Shown here: one piece after another, positions 41,569 through 55,560 of the stretch
Numbering within the stretch: position 1 is the first letter of the stretch
Layout of the letters: each line of letters opens with the position of its first letter
Source of the DNA: Eledone cirrhosa
Lineage: Eukaryota
Assembly (NCBI GenBank): GCA_964016885.1
Contig: OZ024762.1
Coordinates: forward strand, 5,270,001 to 5,334,000
Length of the DNA stretch: 64,000 nt
Direction of reading: 5' to 3'
Made by a program: the position numbers and the translations under genes
The notes under the pieces: generated by a model
Told to the model about the DNA's origin: nothing
Seen by the model: the letters and a program-made list of their open reading frames with translations, nothing else
Database searches by the model: none

Positions 41569-42028
41569 CTAGCAGTGGTACCTGGCGTTGCACGGGATAA
41601 GGTATTTTGGAACGCGGGCCGCCAACAGACCTAATCGTGGAAAAACTGCATGCCTGGAAAATATGTAAAGAAAATAAACCGAATACTCTGATGGCTGGAT
41701 AATCTTTAAGATTTTCCTCGAAGCAGGAAAACTGCAGGTTTTCACCTGCGGGCCCTAGGGGATCGAGAAAATTTTTTTATGTGCATAACATGCCTTGAAA
41801 TTTGGGGAAAATCGGTCTGACGTAACGCCTCAAAAAACCCCTAACAAGCTGAAAAAAAAAAGTTTTTCACCTAATTCGGGCCCTAGGGGATCAAAAAGTT
41901 GAATTTTTTATGTGCATAAGTAATACACATGTAAAGTTTGAAAAAAATCGGTTGGGTACTTCTCGGGTTTTAGGGATTCAAACTCAGACACACACACAGA
42001 TAGACATCCTCAGTTTTATATATATAGA
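41569..42028 (-). mobile_element. Non-autonomous Helitron (second copy about 60686-61285)
   Basis: Minus strand A|TC start, GC-rich subterminal motif, CTAG|T end, no TSD; two closely similar copies. Confidence 0.78.
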
Positions 42029-42974
42029 TTATGTTGGAAGATTTTGATTTAAATAAGAACCCTTTAAAAATAGGTGGTTTGGTTCAGTTGGTATCAAAAG
42101 TGTTAATGAAGAATTTTGAGGGATTTATTAAAATTAATTATTTCATGACTTTGACAGTAACTTAACATATAGTTCTTATTATCAAATTATGTTAAAACGT
42201 GGTTTAGTTTCATAGGAGCAGAGGTAGTTTTGGCCAGGTTGTAATTTACAACCACCTGTAGAAGTCTATATATTTCAAGATAGACAGACAGACAGGTACC
42301 CCACACCCTTGGCTGTCTATATATTTAAGATAGACAAGTACTCCCCACCCCCATACACACACTTGGGTGTATATATATCTAAGATAAACAAGTACCCCCA
42401 TATCCACCCATAGGTGGATATATGTTTCATGACAGACAGATATCCCCCCCCCTCCCTCCGCATGCTCACCCCTAGGTTGTGTATATTTTAAGACAAACAG
42501 CCAGCTGGACAAGTACTCCCTCCATACAAACTTCTACAACACATCCCACATAATTTACAACCACTTCTAGGTGTTCTTAGAATCGGTAGAGTGTCAGACA
42601 AATCGCTGTGGTATTTAGTTATGACTTTCTACATTAAGTTCAACCCTCCCTTCGGGAAGGGGGGGGGGGTATGGTGATAAAATAAAGTACCAATTAAATA
42701 CTGGGTTGATAAATCAACTTTTTCCCCCCAAATTGCTGGCCTTGTGCCAGTATTAGAAAGAAATATACACCGCCTCAATACAACTCTGGTACACCCACAC
42801 CATCTCATAAGAGAGGGACAGGTACCCCCTCCCATACACACCCCACATCCACCACCAACATCTACACAAAAGACCTACAAAACACCCCCACCTGTGACAT
42901 CAATCCAACCAAAATTTACACCCCCACCCAAACACAGCTAATACCTTCACCTTCCACCCTCCCCTCACCGCCAC

Positions 42975-43670
42975 CATTTACTCAATACCTCCACCGCCAC
43001 CACCACCTCAATACCTCCACAGCTAACACCACCACCACCACCACCTCAATACCTCCACAGCTAACACCGCCACCACCACCACCTCAATACCTCCACAGCT
43101 AACACCACCGCCACCACCTCAATACCTCCACAGCTAACACCACCGCCACCACCACCTCAATACCTCCACAGCTAACACCACCGCCACCACCACCTCAATA
43201 CCTCCACAGCTAACACCACCGCCACCACCACCTCAATACCTCCACAGCTAACACCACCACCACCGCCAACTCAATACATCCACAGCTAACACCACCACCA
43301 CCACCACCATCTACATAATACCTCCACAGCTAACACCACCACCATTAATATCCACAATATTTACACAGCTAATGCACCCTCCCACCCTCGCAACACCTAC
43401 ATCCACACAACACCCTCCCACCCTCACAACCATCTATATCGATATACCTCCACAACTAACACCCTCACCCCCACCACCTATATCCCACACAATACCTCCA
43501 CAGCCAACACCCCCACCACTAACCACCCCCACCACCTATATCCCACACAATACCTCCACAGCCAACACCCCCACCACCTATATCCCCCCCCCCACCAAAC
43601 ACCCCACCACCTATACCCCCCCCCCCCCACCACCACCAATATCCCACACAATACCTCCACCCCCACCACC
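42975..43670. repeat. C-rich minisatellite (cctcaatacctccacagctaacaccaccgccacca)
   Basis: Direct reading. Confidence 0.85.
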
Positions 43671-45534
43671 AGTTTTCCCAGGCCAGAGTGTTACACTAGA
43701 GAGGAACTCACACAAGAGACTAACTTCACCTGAAACTTTATTGTTACAAAATATTGAAACAATGCATTAGGATGGAAGAAAGATGGAAGAAAGGACAGAA
43801 GGAAGAAAGAAAGAAAGAAAGAAAGGAAGGCAAGAAGGAGGAGGGGGTGAAAGGAAGGGCAGAAAGTAGTAAAAACTTTTGAAAAGAAATGTTATAAATT
43901 TTAAAGGACATTAATTCCTATATACAGTGTGTGGGTGTCAGTGGGCAGCTGGGATTCATTGTTGTCATAATCCTTATTATTATTGGACTGGCTGAGTCAG
44001 TAGAGCATCAGGCAAATGCTATGCAGTGTTTCTTCTGGTTTTTACATTCTGAGTTCAAATCCCACTGAGGTTAGCTTTACAGGGTCGATAAAATAAATTC
44101 CCAATAATGTACTGAGGTTGATTTAATCAAAACTGCTGCCCTTGTGCCTAAATCAGTTGGCAGTATCGGTAGAGGGTTGGACGCCATGCTTTGAAGCATA
44201 GAGTTACCCCCCTGTATGTTCTGAGTTCAAATCCCGCCGAGGTTAATTTTGCCTTTCATCCTTACGGGGTCGATAAAATAAAGTACCAGTAATGTACTGG
44301 GATAATTACTGGCCTTGTGCCTGAAGTAGAAACAATTATTATCATAATTATTGGTTGGATTGTCAGTATTGGTAGAGGGCTGGACGCCATGCTTTACAGC
44401 ATAGAGTTACGGCTCTTTACGGTCTGAGTTCAAATTGCGCCACGGTTAACTTTACCTTTTATCCTTACAGGGTCGATAAAATAAAGTACCAGTAATGCTC
44501 TGGGGGTAATTGCTGGCCTTGTGCCAAAAGTAGAAACAATTATTATAACTATTTTGTACATTATCACTGCATTACCAAGTGCAGCTCTGTGCACCTTGGG
44601 TATGTGTTGTGTGGTTTTTGGTTGTGGCGCTTCTATTGTATTGAAATTACTCTTCACAATATGTGTGTGGTGCTATTTTCTGTATGCTGTATATATTTGT
44701 AAGTCCTGGAGTTTTGGTTATCTGTCTGTGTTTTATTTATCATTCCCAGAGCACCTATTATTATTATGGGTATTGTTTCAGTTTTCATCATCCATGTTCA
44801 GGTCACTTCTATTTCTAGATCTTTATATTTGGATAGTATCTCCATTTCATTATTCCACAGACATTAGAATGAAATGTATTAAGTCCAACACTAACCACAC
44901 TAATTACTAAACCTGCAGTTTCTCCTACACAATCCACACTCACCCACACCAAATCATGTAGGTCATAACACAATATGACCCAGGCCACCATTTTAGATAT
45001 TTCTGCAACACTGATAGGTAGCAAATAAATGTTTAGGATTTATTGATTGCAAGAAATTATTAAATAATATTTGTATAAATTTAATATAATATTCATTTTA
45101 CTTAATATTTATAATTTATATATATTCATGGAAAAAATATTCATGGAAAAAATTATAACACCAGTGTGCGTGTGTGCGTGCACACACAAATTGTCGTAAA
45201 AACATCAGATAGAATGCTTTACAGTCTTCGTCCCACCTCATTGCACACTTGAGTTCAAATCCCGCCGAGGTAAACTTTGCCTTTCATCCTTTCGAGGTTG
45301 ATAAAAAAAGTACCAGTCAAGTACTGGGGTCGATTCTTCTTCTATAGAAAAAAATCGGCTGTGTTCAGACCTGGAGAGAGTTGGGCTCCGCCAGGTTTTA
45401 AAATGCCCTAGACACACCGTATAATGGGGCCTCTCCAACTCCACAAGGAATTGAGGGATCTTTATCCTTTATCTTAATATATAATTAATGTATTTATTGA
45501 ACAGATAAAAGGAAGAGAGTGCTCTATGTGAAAC

Positions 45535-45698
<164 letters not shown>

Positions 45699-46031
45699 GG
45701 AGGCACATGGCTTAGTGGTTAGAGCATTGGCCTTGCAGCCGAAAGGTTGTGAGTTCAATTCTCAGACCGGATGATGTGTTGTTTCCTTGAGCAAGACACT
45801 TTATTTCACATTGCTCCAGTTTACTCAGCTGTAGAAATGAGATGATTGGGACTGAGGTCCCTATCATTCCACTGTAAAGTGGTCGTGGAGGTGCCATGGC
45901 AAAAAAGCACCCACCACTCACTGTAAATGAGGTTGGTGTTAGGAAGGGCATCCAGCTGTAGAAATCAAGCCAGAATCAGTTCCCGTCCCACCCTTGCAAG
46001 CAGGGAAAAGCGGACGTAAAATGAAATGGTG
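45699..46031 (+). mobile_element. SINE family A preceded by about 155-bp pure (TA)n
   Basis: Full head, core and tail. Confidence 0.88.
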
Positions 46032-46409
46032 ATATATATATATATATATCATCATCATTTAACATCTAACTTCCACGCTAGCATGGGTTAGATGGGAATT
46101 GTCCCATTTGAGACAAGATTGATCGGGTGACCGTGTCTCGCTCGTATAGGACTATCTGGCAGGTTTTCTACGGCTGGATGCGCTTCCTAACACCAACCAC
46201 ATTTACAGTGTGGACTGGGAGCTTTTTACCACGTTTCCTACATAAGCAACATTACAGCGTGGACTGTGTGTTTTTTTTTTATTGTGACACCTACACGATC
46301 TCTTTAGTTTGGACTGGATGTTGTGGTACCAACATAACTTTACAGAGAAAGGGTTGTGTTGGTGGGAGTGGGAGGATCGAGTAGGGGTAGTGGGTTGGGG
46401 TGTATGTTT

Positions 46410-47182
46410 GGTAGAAATTCCATTCTATGCCCCAAATGCAGACTATGGGGTCATAAAAGATGCAGTGGGATCACAGGCAGGCTGTCTAAGAATGTAGATT
46501 TTTATGTGACTGATGCTCAGGTGCAATAAGTAGCAAATGCCCACAGGATACTAGCTCCTTCTACTGCCCAGATTGTCTATAGAAATAGTGGACACTTTCC
46601 GTTACCAGGGTGACAAAATCAACAGTGGTGGAGGGTGCTCTGAAAGTACAATAACCAGAGTCAGAACGGGATGGAAAAAGTTCAGAGAGCTTATACTGCT
46701 GTTGGCCACAAAAGGTTTCTCTCTAAAAATGAAAGGCAGATTATATGATGCCTGTATATGAACAGCAATGCTACATGGCAGTGAGACATGGGCCTTGTGT
46801 GCTGAGGACCTGCGCAGACTGGAAAGGAACGAAGCATGCATGCTCCGTTGGATTTGTAATAGTAATATACATGAACGGCAAAACATAAATGAACTGAGAA
46901 ATTAGGAATAAGAGGGAGGGATCAGATGCTGTTTACTTGAGAGAAGACTACGTTGGTATGGTCACGTGATGCGCATGAAAGACGACAGCTATAAAAAAAG
47001 TGCAGGGCGATCAAAATTGATGGAAGTTAAGGAGTAGGTAGACCCCAAAAAACCTGGGACGACATGATAAAATCCAACCTTGCACACTTAAACCTCTCTA
47101 AGACAATGTTAGTGGATCAAGATCTTTGGTACCACGCAGTAATACAGAAAACCTGCCTTCTCTACGTGCAAAGTTAACCTAC
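46410..47182 (+). mobile_element. RTE-like LINE 3' fragment
   Basis: VDTFRYQGD..RVRTGWKKFREL..KGRLYDAC..MLHGSETW..RRLRWYGHVMRM..GRPQKTW; stops. Confidence 0.85.
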
Positions 47183-47187
47183 AGTCA

Positions 47188-47670
47188 GTAGGTTAACTTT
47201 GCACGTAGGGAAGTAACGGAAAGTGCCCACTATTTCTATAGAACCATCTGGGCAATAGAAGGAGCTAGCATCCCGTGGGCACTTGCTACTTATTGCACCT
47301 GAGCATCGGCCACATATAAAATCTACATTCTTAGACAGCTTGCCTGTGATCCCACTGCATCTTTTATGACCCCATAGTTTGCATTTGGGGCATAGAATGG
47401 AATTTCTGCCTACTCCTTTGCTACACACTGAGCATGGCCATTTCCCAGAGGGCACCTGTGCCCTATTTTTCCTTCTACATACTAGAATTTTAGTCTTAGA
47501 CAAGTTAACTTTAAAGCCTTTTGATTCTAGGCCATGCTTCCATGTTTGGAATTTCTTCTCTAGTTCAGCCATAGATTCAGCTATGAGCGTTAGATCATCT
47601 GCGTATAGAAGTTCCCATGGGCAGCCGGTCTTGAACTCCTCTTATAGCCTGAAGGGCAATAATAAACAGG
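47188..47670 (-). mobile_element. RTE-like LINE RT fragment, inverted (related piece 49545-49830 plus)
   Basis: PWELLYADDL..GFKVNLSKTK..WPCSVCSKGVGRNSILCPKCKLWGHKRCSG. Confidence 0.85.
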
Positions 47671-49110
47671 AGGAGGCTAAGGAAGGGTGTCCCCCCAAAA
47701 TGTATACACACTTATTTGAATACTATTGAAGTGTATTTACATTTTTGTGGTCACCCTGTATATATATATATATGCAGCCACTTGTGACCGACCAATGGAG
47801 ACTAACTCCAGTTGGAATCAATTTATTTGTTTTTGAAGCAGGTATATACAAATATATACACATATATATACAATTGATTTATTGGGAATGGGAGTGAATG
47901 ACCGTGCATGTGTCTGTGTAAGTGTGAACGACCGAGTGTGTGTATGTATGCGTGTTGTAAATGGCCAATGTGATGACTAGCAAGATGTAAAGTGTCTTCT
48001 TTGTAACACACACACAGACACATACAGAGATACACACACACATACAGAGATACACACACACACATACACACACAGACACATACAGAGATACACACACACA
48101 TACAGAGATACACACACACATACACACACAGACACATACAGAGATACACACACACAGACATACAGAGATACACACACTCACACACACACACAGACACATA
48201 GAGATACACACACTCACACACACACACAGACACATACAGAGATACACACACACATACAGAGATACACACACACACATACACACACAGACACATACAGAGA
48301 TACACACACACAGACATACAGAGATACACACACTCACACACACACACAGACACATACAGAGATACACACACACAGACATACAGAGATACACACACACACA
48401 TACACACACAGACACATACAGAGATACACACACACAGACATACAGAGATACACACACTCACACACACACACATCAAATAACTTGCTGAGCAACAGATACA
48501 ACAAAAGGAGAAATAATTCACTAAATAAACAAATAAACAGGGTTAAGTTGAATTAAAACAACAAAAGAAAAAATGGTGCATTTGAAATAAAACAAATATA
48601 TCAATAAAAAGCATTAATTAGGTGAAGAAAAAGAAGAAAAAGAGGAGCCTACAACGAAGAACAAGAAGAGAAGCTGATGATGTGCTTTCGGATTGGCAGA
48701 GGGTCGGACGCCATGTTTTGACGCATAGAGTTACAGCCCCTTACGGGGTCGATAAAATAAAGTACCAGTAATGCACTGGGGTACTGCTGGCCTTGTGCCT
48801 ATAACAGAAACCATTATATTACATTACACAGTAATGTAATATAATGCTTTGGCGCATAGAGTTACGGCCCTTGCCATTCTGAGTTCAAATCCCCCTGAGG
48901 TTAACTTTGCCTTTCATCCTTACGGGGTCGATAAAATAAAGTACCAGTAATGTACTGGGATAATTGCTGGCCTTGTGCCAAAAGTAGAAACAATTATACT
49001 TCTTTTTTATACAACTGCAAATAACATGTGTATATATATGTATAAAGGAATGCTGTAGTAAAATGTACAATTTGAACTGTCTCTTATTTATGATACTAAC
49101 ACTATATATG

Positions 49111-49150
<40 letters not shown>

Positions 49151-50399
49151 CACACACTGTATATATATATACACACTATATATACATATATACACACACA
49201 GATAGCGAAGTCAATGTACAGAATGGTTTTCATAATGCAGACAGCTAGATATACGGAGACATATTATAAGAGCGCGACGCTATAGCTATGTATTTATCTA
49301 AAAAGACAGACTAAGAAAGAGAGGAATGTTGTATAAGCGATCGCTAACCGGAAGTGTTGCCATTTGAAAATTTTAAAGAAGTGAATATTTAAATAAACAA
49401 TAAAATATCTTTAATCAAGAATAACGAAATTTTGTAGACAAAAATAGCCTCTCCTTGGAAAAAGTTACATCTATGGTGCAAATTTGGTGCCGTTTGGGAA
49501 AAAAGTTTGTTACATACACACGGCCGTCAGCTTTATTAATATATATGGAGTTGATGTTCATCAGGGCTCTGTCCTTAGCCCCCTCCTATTTATTATTGCC
49601 CTTCAGAATAACACAGGAGTTCAAGACCGGCTTCCCATGGGTACTTCTATATGCAGATGATCTAACGCTGAATCAATGGCTGAACTAGAGAAGAAATTCC
49701 TAACATGGAAGCATAGCCTAGAATCAAAAGGCCTTAAAGTTAACTTGTCTAAGACTAAAGTTCCAGTATGTAGGAAGGAAAATAGGGCGCAGGTCCCCTC
49801 TGGGAAATGGCCATGCTCAGTTATATAGTGAGTTTGCAAGAATTTTCATGCAGGTTAGTGACGCAACTTTGAGTTATTAGCGGCCTCTAGACTCACCTGA
49901 TCAATGAAACAATTGTTAATACTGTAAATAAAACCCCTTTTGTACAGCCGACCAAGTTATTCTTCACTCTTTCACTATATATACATATATATACATATAT
50001 GTATGTATATATATATATATATAGTATCTTACTTACTGAGATTACCCACCAGGATACACACACACACATATGTATATATGCATACATATACATATATATA
50101 TATATGTATGAGAGAGAGAGAGAGAGATAAAGAGTTACTAAGTGAGACCATAATGCACTGGGTAATTGCTGGCCTTGTGCCTAAAGTGGAAACAATTATT
50201 TAATTTAGTAGTCGATAATTTAAAGAATGTATGTATGGACCTGTAACTCATGGTCGAGTTATAGCGGAACATAACACATACATCAGAGTAGTTGGTTCAG
50301 CAAGTTTACAACCCACACATACACACAATGATATTTAAAGGTTCAAGCTTGACTGTAGGGCTTACTTCTTCAACCACTTATTCCTGAGGTGGTGGGAGG

Positions 50400-51860
50400 T
50401 CATGAGGGCTGAGTCCTTAAACATTCCTTCCAGTAGGTCCTGTCAGAAGCAACTGTCTCCAATTGATCTGGTTGGACTCCCAAATAAAACCAGGCGAGCT
50501 CATGGATGTTATCCAGCCATTTAGCTTGCAGTCTAGCTCTGGGTCTCCTGCCAGTTGGTTTTACCATAAAATATGTCCAGTGATTTTTTTTCTGAGACAT
50601 TCTAACCACATGCCCAGAGCTGTGATCTCTCAATTCAGAGAAATAGCAGCTCTACCTCATGGATGTTATCCAACCATTTAGCTTGCAGTCTAGCTCTGGG
50701 TCTCCTGCCAGTTGGTTTTACCATAAAATATGTCCAGTGATTTTTTTTCTGAGACATTCTAACCACATGCCCAGAGCTGTGATCTCTCAATTCAGAGAAA
50801 TAGCAGCTCTACCTCATGGATGTTATCCAACCATTTAGCTTGCAGTCTAGCTCTGGGTCTCCTGCCAGTTGGTTTTACCATAAAATATGTCCAGTGATTT
50901 TTTTTCTGAGACATTCTAACCACATGCCCAGAGCTGTGATCTCTCAATTCAGAGAAATAGCAGCTCTACCTCATGGATGTTATCCAACCATTTAGCTTGC
51001 AGTCTAGCTCTGGGTCTCCTGCCAGTTGGTTTTACCATAAAATATGTCCAGTGATTTTTTTCTGAGACTTTCTAACCACATGCCCAGAGCTGTGATCTCT
51101 CAATTCAGAGAAATAGCAGCTCTACCTCATGGATGTTATCCAACCATTTAGCTTGCAGTCTAGCTCTGGGTCTCCTGCCAGTTGGTTTTACCCATAAAAT
51201 ATGTCCAGTGATTTTTTTCTGAGACATTCTAACCACATGCCCAGAGCTGTGATCTCTCAATTCAGAGAAATAGCAGCTCTACCTCATGGATGTTATCCAA
51301 CCATTTAGCTTGCAGTCTAGCTCTGGGTCTCCTGCCAGTTGGTTTTACCATAAAATATGTCCAGTGATTTTTTTTCTGAGACATTCTAACCACATGCCCA
51401 GAGCTGTGATCTCTCAATTCAGAGAAATAGCAGCTCTACCTCATGGATGTTATCCAACCATTTAGCTTGCAGTCTAGCTCTGGGTCTCCTGCCAGTTGGT
51501 TTTACCATAAAATATGTCCAGTGATTTTTTTCTGAGACTTTCTAACCACATGCCCAGAGCTGTGATCTCTCAATTCAGAGAAATAGCAGCTCTACCTCAT
51601 GGATGTTATCCAACCATTTAGCTTGCAGTCTAGCTCTGGGTCTCCTGCCAGTTGGTTTTACCCATAAAATATGTCCAGTGATTTTTTTTCTGAGACATTC
51701 TAACCACATGCCCAGAGCTGTGATCTCTCAATTCAGAGAAATAGCAGCTCTACCTCATGGATGTTATCCAACCAGTTTGCTCTGGGTCTACCCCCAAGTG
51801 TCCTGCAGGTAAATTTTGCCCGTAAAATATGTCCAGTGATTCTTTCCGAAGACATTCTAG
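50400..51860 (-). repeat. About 157-bp tandem array (8 units plus partial) derived from a LINE 3' coding fragment
   Basis: Unit starts at 50501, 50658, 50815, 50972, 51128, 51285, 51442, 51598, 51756; translates GHVVRM..GRRPR..WLD. Confidence 0.9.
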
Positions 51861-54800
51861 TGGAGCAGTGATCTCTCACTCAATAGGGCTTAATTGTTTT
51901 TCAATATTTATATTTTATCTGGAGAGGTAAGGGCTCTGTCAAGCATAAAATACCTAATTGTATAGACACTTGCCACAGATGCCATGCAGTGGGATTAAAC
52001 GAGGGAACTCGTGAATACAAAGTGAGCTTTTCAACCACCTAGCTAACGCGTGCATTCATCAATAAAATAAAATAGTAATAAAGTACTAACAAGATCAATA
52101 TAATCAATTCTTAACCGCCTCCCCTACCCACATATGCCAGAGACCATTATTATTATGTTAATATGGTTTTAATATCAGTCAACCCTGTTTGTAAAAGATC
52201 TACCTATGTATAATGAAAGGTGTTCCAGCTGTGGCCAGTTGTCTTCGATCTAGACATAATGTATCTAGGATTACAATATTTAATGCGCCACTCCTTTATA
52301 TAAACTAATATGCGGTAACATCTTGTGCCGTCCTTCAGGTTTTCTTTGTGTGAGCCCTTTGTGGTAAATAAAGAAATCATTATTGTAGGTGGCAGGGATG
52401 GGACTTGAAAAGGGGCTTTGACTTCCATCCCCCTTTAAAGTGTTCCAATCAATTACTGGGGAGGGGATCAATATTATTATTACAGTTACTAGGGTGATGG
52501 ATTGGCAATATCAGTAGATCATGTGACATGCTTTGTGGCATATAGTAACGTCCTTTTACGTTCTGAGTTCAAATCCTGTCGACATTAGCTTTGCCTTTAA
52601 TCTTCACACGGCCAGTGAAATAAAGTACCAGTAACGCACTGGGGTCGATTTAATCGATTTTTCCCCTCGCCCGAAATTGTTGGCCTTGTGCCTAAATCAG
52701 AAACCATTTAGCAGTAAGGGCAGTCGATTGGCAGCATCGGAAAAGCGTCGGGCAATCATGCTTCGCGGCATAGAGTTACGGCCCTTTAAGTTCTGAGTTC
52801 GAATTCCGCCGAGGTTAGTTTTGCCTTTCATCCTTACGAGGTCGATAAAATAAAGTACCAGTAATGCACTGGGGTACTGCTGGCCTTGTGCCTATAACAG
52901 AAACCATTATATTACATTACACAGTAATGTAATATAATGCTTTGGCGCATAGAGTTACGGCCCTTGCCATTCTGAGTTCAAATCCCGCCGAGGTTAACTT
53001 TGCCTTTCATCCTTACGGGGTCGATAAAATAAAGTACCAGTAATACACTGGGTATTGCTGGCCTTGTGCCTAACGTAGAAACAATTATATTACATTACAC
53101 AGTATTATGCATACGGTATACAAATAAAACTGAAACTAGGGTGGGTGGGGGACAGGGAATATAAAAAGGAAATACGGTCCCTTGTCCCCACCCCACAGTA
53201 CTAATTAAAACACTACCCTCACAACAACCCTGCTATATCTGCTTCTCTCACATAATTGCATTACCTTTTATAGCCTCTCTCTCTCTCTCTCTCTGTTTAT
53301 CTCTCTATGTCTACCGATCTTAGTTTCTCTCTTTCCCTATGCCTCTGTCTATCTTTCTATCGCGATCACACACAAAGCTTATTCATTCATCTTCTCTCTT
53401 TGATACATACACAAACATATATACACGTACATTCACACATAATCACCCATCTTTTCTCTGCCTCTCTCTCTCTCTACATTAAGTTTTATAGCTTGTCTGT
53501 CAGTCTGTCACAGTCGCAACCACTCAAGCTATATATTCCCATCTTCCCAGTATTTTACACAAGCACACACAATCATTCATTCACTCATCCATTCATTCAT
53601 ACACACAAATACACACACGTGCACTCACATTGTACCATCGCTTTTATTGTCTTACACTTTCTCTCTCTATTGTCTCACACCCCCTCCCCACACTACACTC
53701 ACATCCCTCCTCCTCCTCAGTAACATATTACACAGTCACACTCCCCCCCCATTCACACTACACTGCCTCGCACCCTCCCCCTCCTGTCTCACACTCTAAA
53801 TTCAGTCTGACACTCCTTCCCACCTCTCTTCGTGTCTCCTCCTCTCTCTTGTCTATCTCCCTCGCTATTCCTCTTGTCTCTCTCTCTCCACATTTTTGGG
53901 TCAACATTGATGAAATGAAAACAAGACATGTCCAGACCAGAGGAGACTGACGCGGCTGGAGCGGGTGGGGTCAGTAAATGGAGGAAAAGGTACACACTCG
54001 AGAGGAGGAAGAGGTCATTTACACGTTGTTGGGGACGTAGACCAATCTAAAGAAGAGAAGGATGTAATAGGAGAGGGGTAGGGTCATTTCTACACAGTCC
54101 AGTTTTTAAGGGGGAGAAGGATGAATAGGAGAAGGGGGTGAGGGTGATTTGTACATAGTCCAGTTTTTAAGGAGGAGAAAGATGAACACGAGAAGGCGGC
54201 CATTCTATAAGAGGATGAATAAGAGAGGGGTGGTCATTTTTACATTGGATGCAGAAACCGGTGGGGGTGTTTTTAAGGAGCAGGAGAGAGTGAGCTAAAC
54301 AACATCACATACACACAAACATATATATATATACACACATACATATATATATATATATACACACATGTAAGTGTATATATAGCATACATGGTACAACATC
54401 GAAAGACATTGTTTACACACGGTGAATCAGCCGAGACTTACAAAACTGTATATAATGTCGGTTGTCAGCTGGGACGTGAGAATATATTTATATATAATAT
54501 ATATTAATTGTTTCTACTTTAGGCACAAGGCCAGCAATTACCCAGTGCATTACTGGTACTTTATTTTATCGACCCCGTAAGGATGAAAGGCAAAGTCAAC
54601 CTCGGCGGGATTTGAACTCAAAGCATGGCGTCCGACTCTCTACCGATACTGCCAATCCACCGTCCATATATTAATAAATGGAAACTATATTTATAAAACC
54701 ATATTTATTTTATTATACATATTTCAAGGGCAACCAAGGCAAATTATGGTGCGCTTTCATCAAATAAAATACAGATTTGTTTTATAAATAAATATTGACA

Positions 54801-55314
54801 TACCCGGAAAAAGACAACCTTAACGGTTGGAGCTTCCTGGATAGTCCACCATCAGTTGAGTGCTTTATATCAGTTATAAAAAATGTTTAAGCTTGTTGAA
54901 TCCCAACAAATTAAATATAACCTCTGCATATATATATATATATATATATGTACATATATGGAAAAGAATGAAATGAAATTTCATTTCTCACTCTTAGTAC
55001 GGCTGATACTTAAATGTAAGTATGTATACGTACATACATATATGTATACAGACGTACAGTAGTATGTATATCTATACATACATGCACACATATATATATA
55101 TGTACGTATGGGTTTACCGAACATTTATTATAATGTTCGGTTTGTTTGTAAACAAACAGCCCGAATTAAGCCGTACAGTGTTCGGCAACCACCGTTGCCC
55201 TTTTGTTCAACACTGACAAAGGAACGATGAACTAGTTTCAAGCTTATTAGCTATCGTCAGCATCGTATACCTTCCTGTCAGATGATTGAACGTTTATATA
55301 TATATATACATATA

Positions 55315-55560
55315 TACCAGAAGACGTGACAGAGTGTCTGTTGTAAACACTAAATCCCTCCCCCGTGAAGAATGTACCTCCCAACATAGCCTCATAGTTA
55401 GCGATCTCATAGTTAGGACGAAACGTATTCGGCAACAGAGGAGGACTACCCTAAGGAGAAGAATATGGAAGTTAAAAGACAAATTTAAAAGCATATTACT
55501 TGATGCTTTTGACAGAAAGGAAGAGCAATTAGAGACGCACAATATAGAGGGAGTTCATAC
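55315..55560 (+). mobile_element. RTE-like LINE endonuclease-end remnant
   Basis: VVNTKSLPREECTSQHSLIVSDL..RIWKLKD. Confidence 0.6.

Noticed and set aside
52200-52470. Possible second Penelope remnant
   Set aside because: Too degenerate to support by eye
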